A DNA stretch of 63,332 bases, filler included, from Rhabdomonas costata (lineage: Eukaryota): the NCBI GenBank assembly GCA_019059605.1. It is 43 parts of 43 records of this genome, joined end to end, with 100 filler letters (N's around TTAATTAATTAA, not from the genome) between each part and the next. Parts side by side here need not be neighbours in the genome. Positions count along the whole stretch, not along the records: positions 61,957 to 63,332 come from JAHMHO010017843.1; 42 more parts are not named here. One strand, 5' to 3'. The translations under genes and the position numbers were made by a program. The notes under the pieces are model-generated. The model saw only the letters and a list, made by a program, of their open reading frames with translations, had not been told where the DNA came from and ran no database searches. Shown here piece after piece: positions 62,613 through 63,332 of the stretch (within the stretch, counting starts at the first letter, position 1; every line of letters begins with the position of its first letter).

Positions 62613-63332
62613 CTGCAAAAAACGCGGAAAACATATTTGACGAGAAACAAGTGAAGTGGAAAAAAAAGCATGGGAGGAAAAGTACGACCGCAGAAGCTCA
62701 TTCAGGAGCTTATCTGGACTAGCTCCTCTGCACTTCAAAAGACACCCGGGGTAACCATCCAACACATTGATTGATTGATTGATATTGACATTGATTGAGG
62801 GAAGGGACAGACACTTGTTCACAGGAGGTGAATACATATAATACGAATGAGGACGCTATTAAGTGTGAAGTGATGTTGCGGAAAACAACAAATTGCTGTT
62901 AATTTATGGAAGTGATACAGGCATTGACCGGCAGAAAAAAAAAGCGTGCCCAAAAACAGTACAGCAGCCTCCAAGATGAGCGCAAAAGAGCCCAGAAGGG
63001 AAACTGCACAAGCACCTAGCACTCCGCTGAGCTCCCACATACTGCGGACGAGGTCAGACCTGGCCCAGGCAAGGAAACCAAAATACTCCCGAGCAACTGC
63101 AAAGGGCACGTGCATTAAGTAAAGAGACAGAACGCAAGCTGCAAAATAATGATGGGCACTGTCCGCTCCATTGTGTCTCAAATGGGAAAAGGGGACCATT
63201 TTTTCTCTCTTGCACCCCATTTGGCAAGGCACCTTGTCGAGAGGATGTGCTGGACGTCAGCGGGTGACCTTCCAGACGTTGGGTCAGCGGCATGCTGCTG
63301 AACTCTGGAAGTGCACCCCCCCCCCCAAACAC

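Overview
This window is not one locus. It is 43 unrelated contigs of about 1.37 kb, joined by artificial 100-nt spacers (44 N + TTAATTAATTAA + 44 N), so nothing can be inferred across spacers. Most contigs begin with a few G/T-only bases and end with a few A/C-only bases, and one ends in a fold-back; both point to whole-genome-amplified (single-cell) DNA. Most contigs are pieces of an intron-rich protist nuclear genome, tentatively euglenozoan (kinetoplastid-like AP-4 mu N-terminus, TTAGGG-type repeat). Splicing exons by hand recovers fragments of SPT5, PRMT5, VPS34, LSG1, AP4M1, an NPEPL1-type aminopeptidase, NEK and other kinases, ZNFX1-like and DEAH helicases, a TRPV-like channel, a SIR2_2 protein, an arylsulfotransferase, a radical SAM-SPASM/WG-repeat fusion, and TPR, F-box/LRR, WD40, pentapeptide, MIB/HERC2, PH, UBC, ABCG and tandem ubiquitin-like proteins, plus Merlin transposon remnants. 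GC-AG introns are unusually frequent. The most unusual signal is a compositionally distinct class of contigs. Three of them (4085-4324, 33920-35294, 54589-55960) share conserved sequence blocks with GCGNAGC mini-hairpin motifs, and a fourth (22122-23496) resembles them in composition only. Three of the four have long A/C-skewed tracts, and two carry very degenerate atp6-like and nad4-like reading frames. My hypothesis is a multipartite, possibly RNA-edited mitochondrial minichromosome or minicircle system. All protein assignments come from motif recognition by eye; no database search was run.
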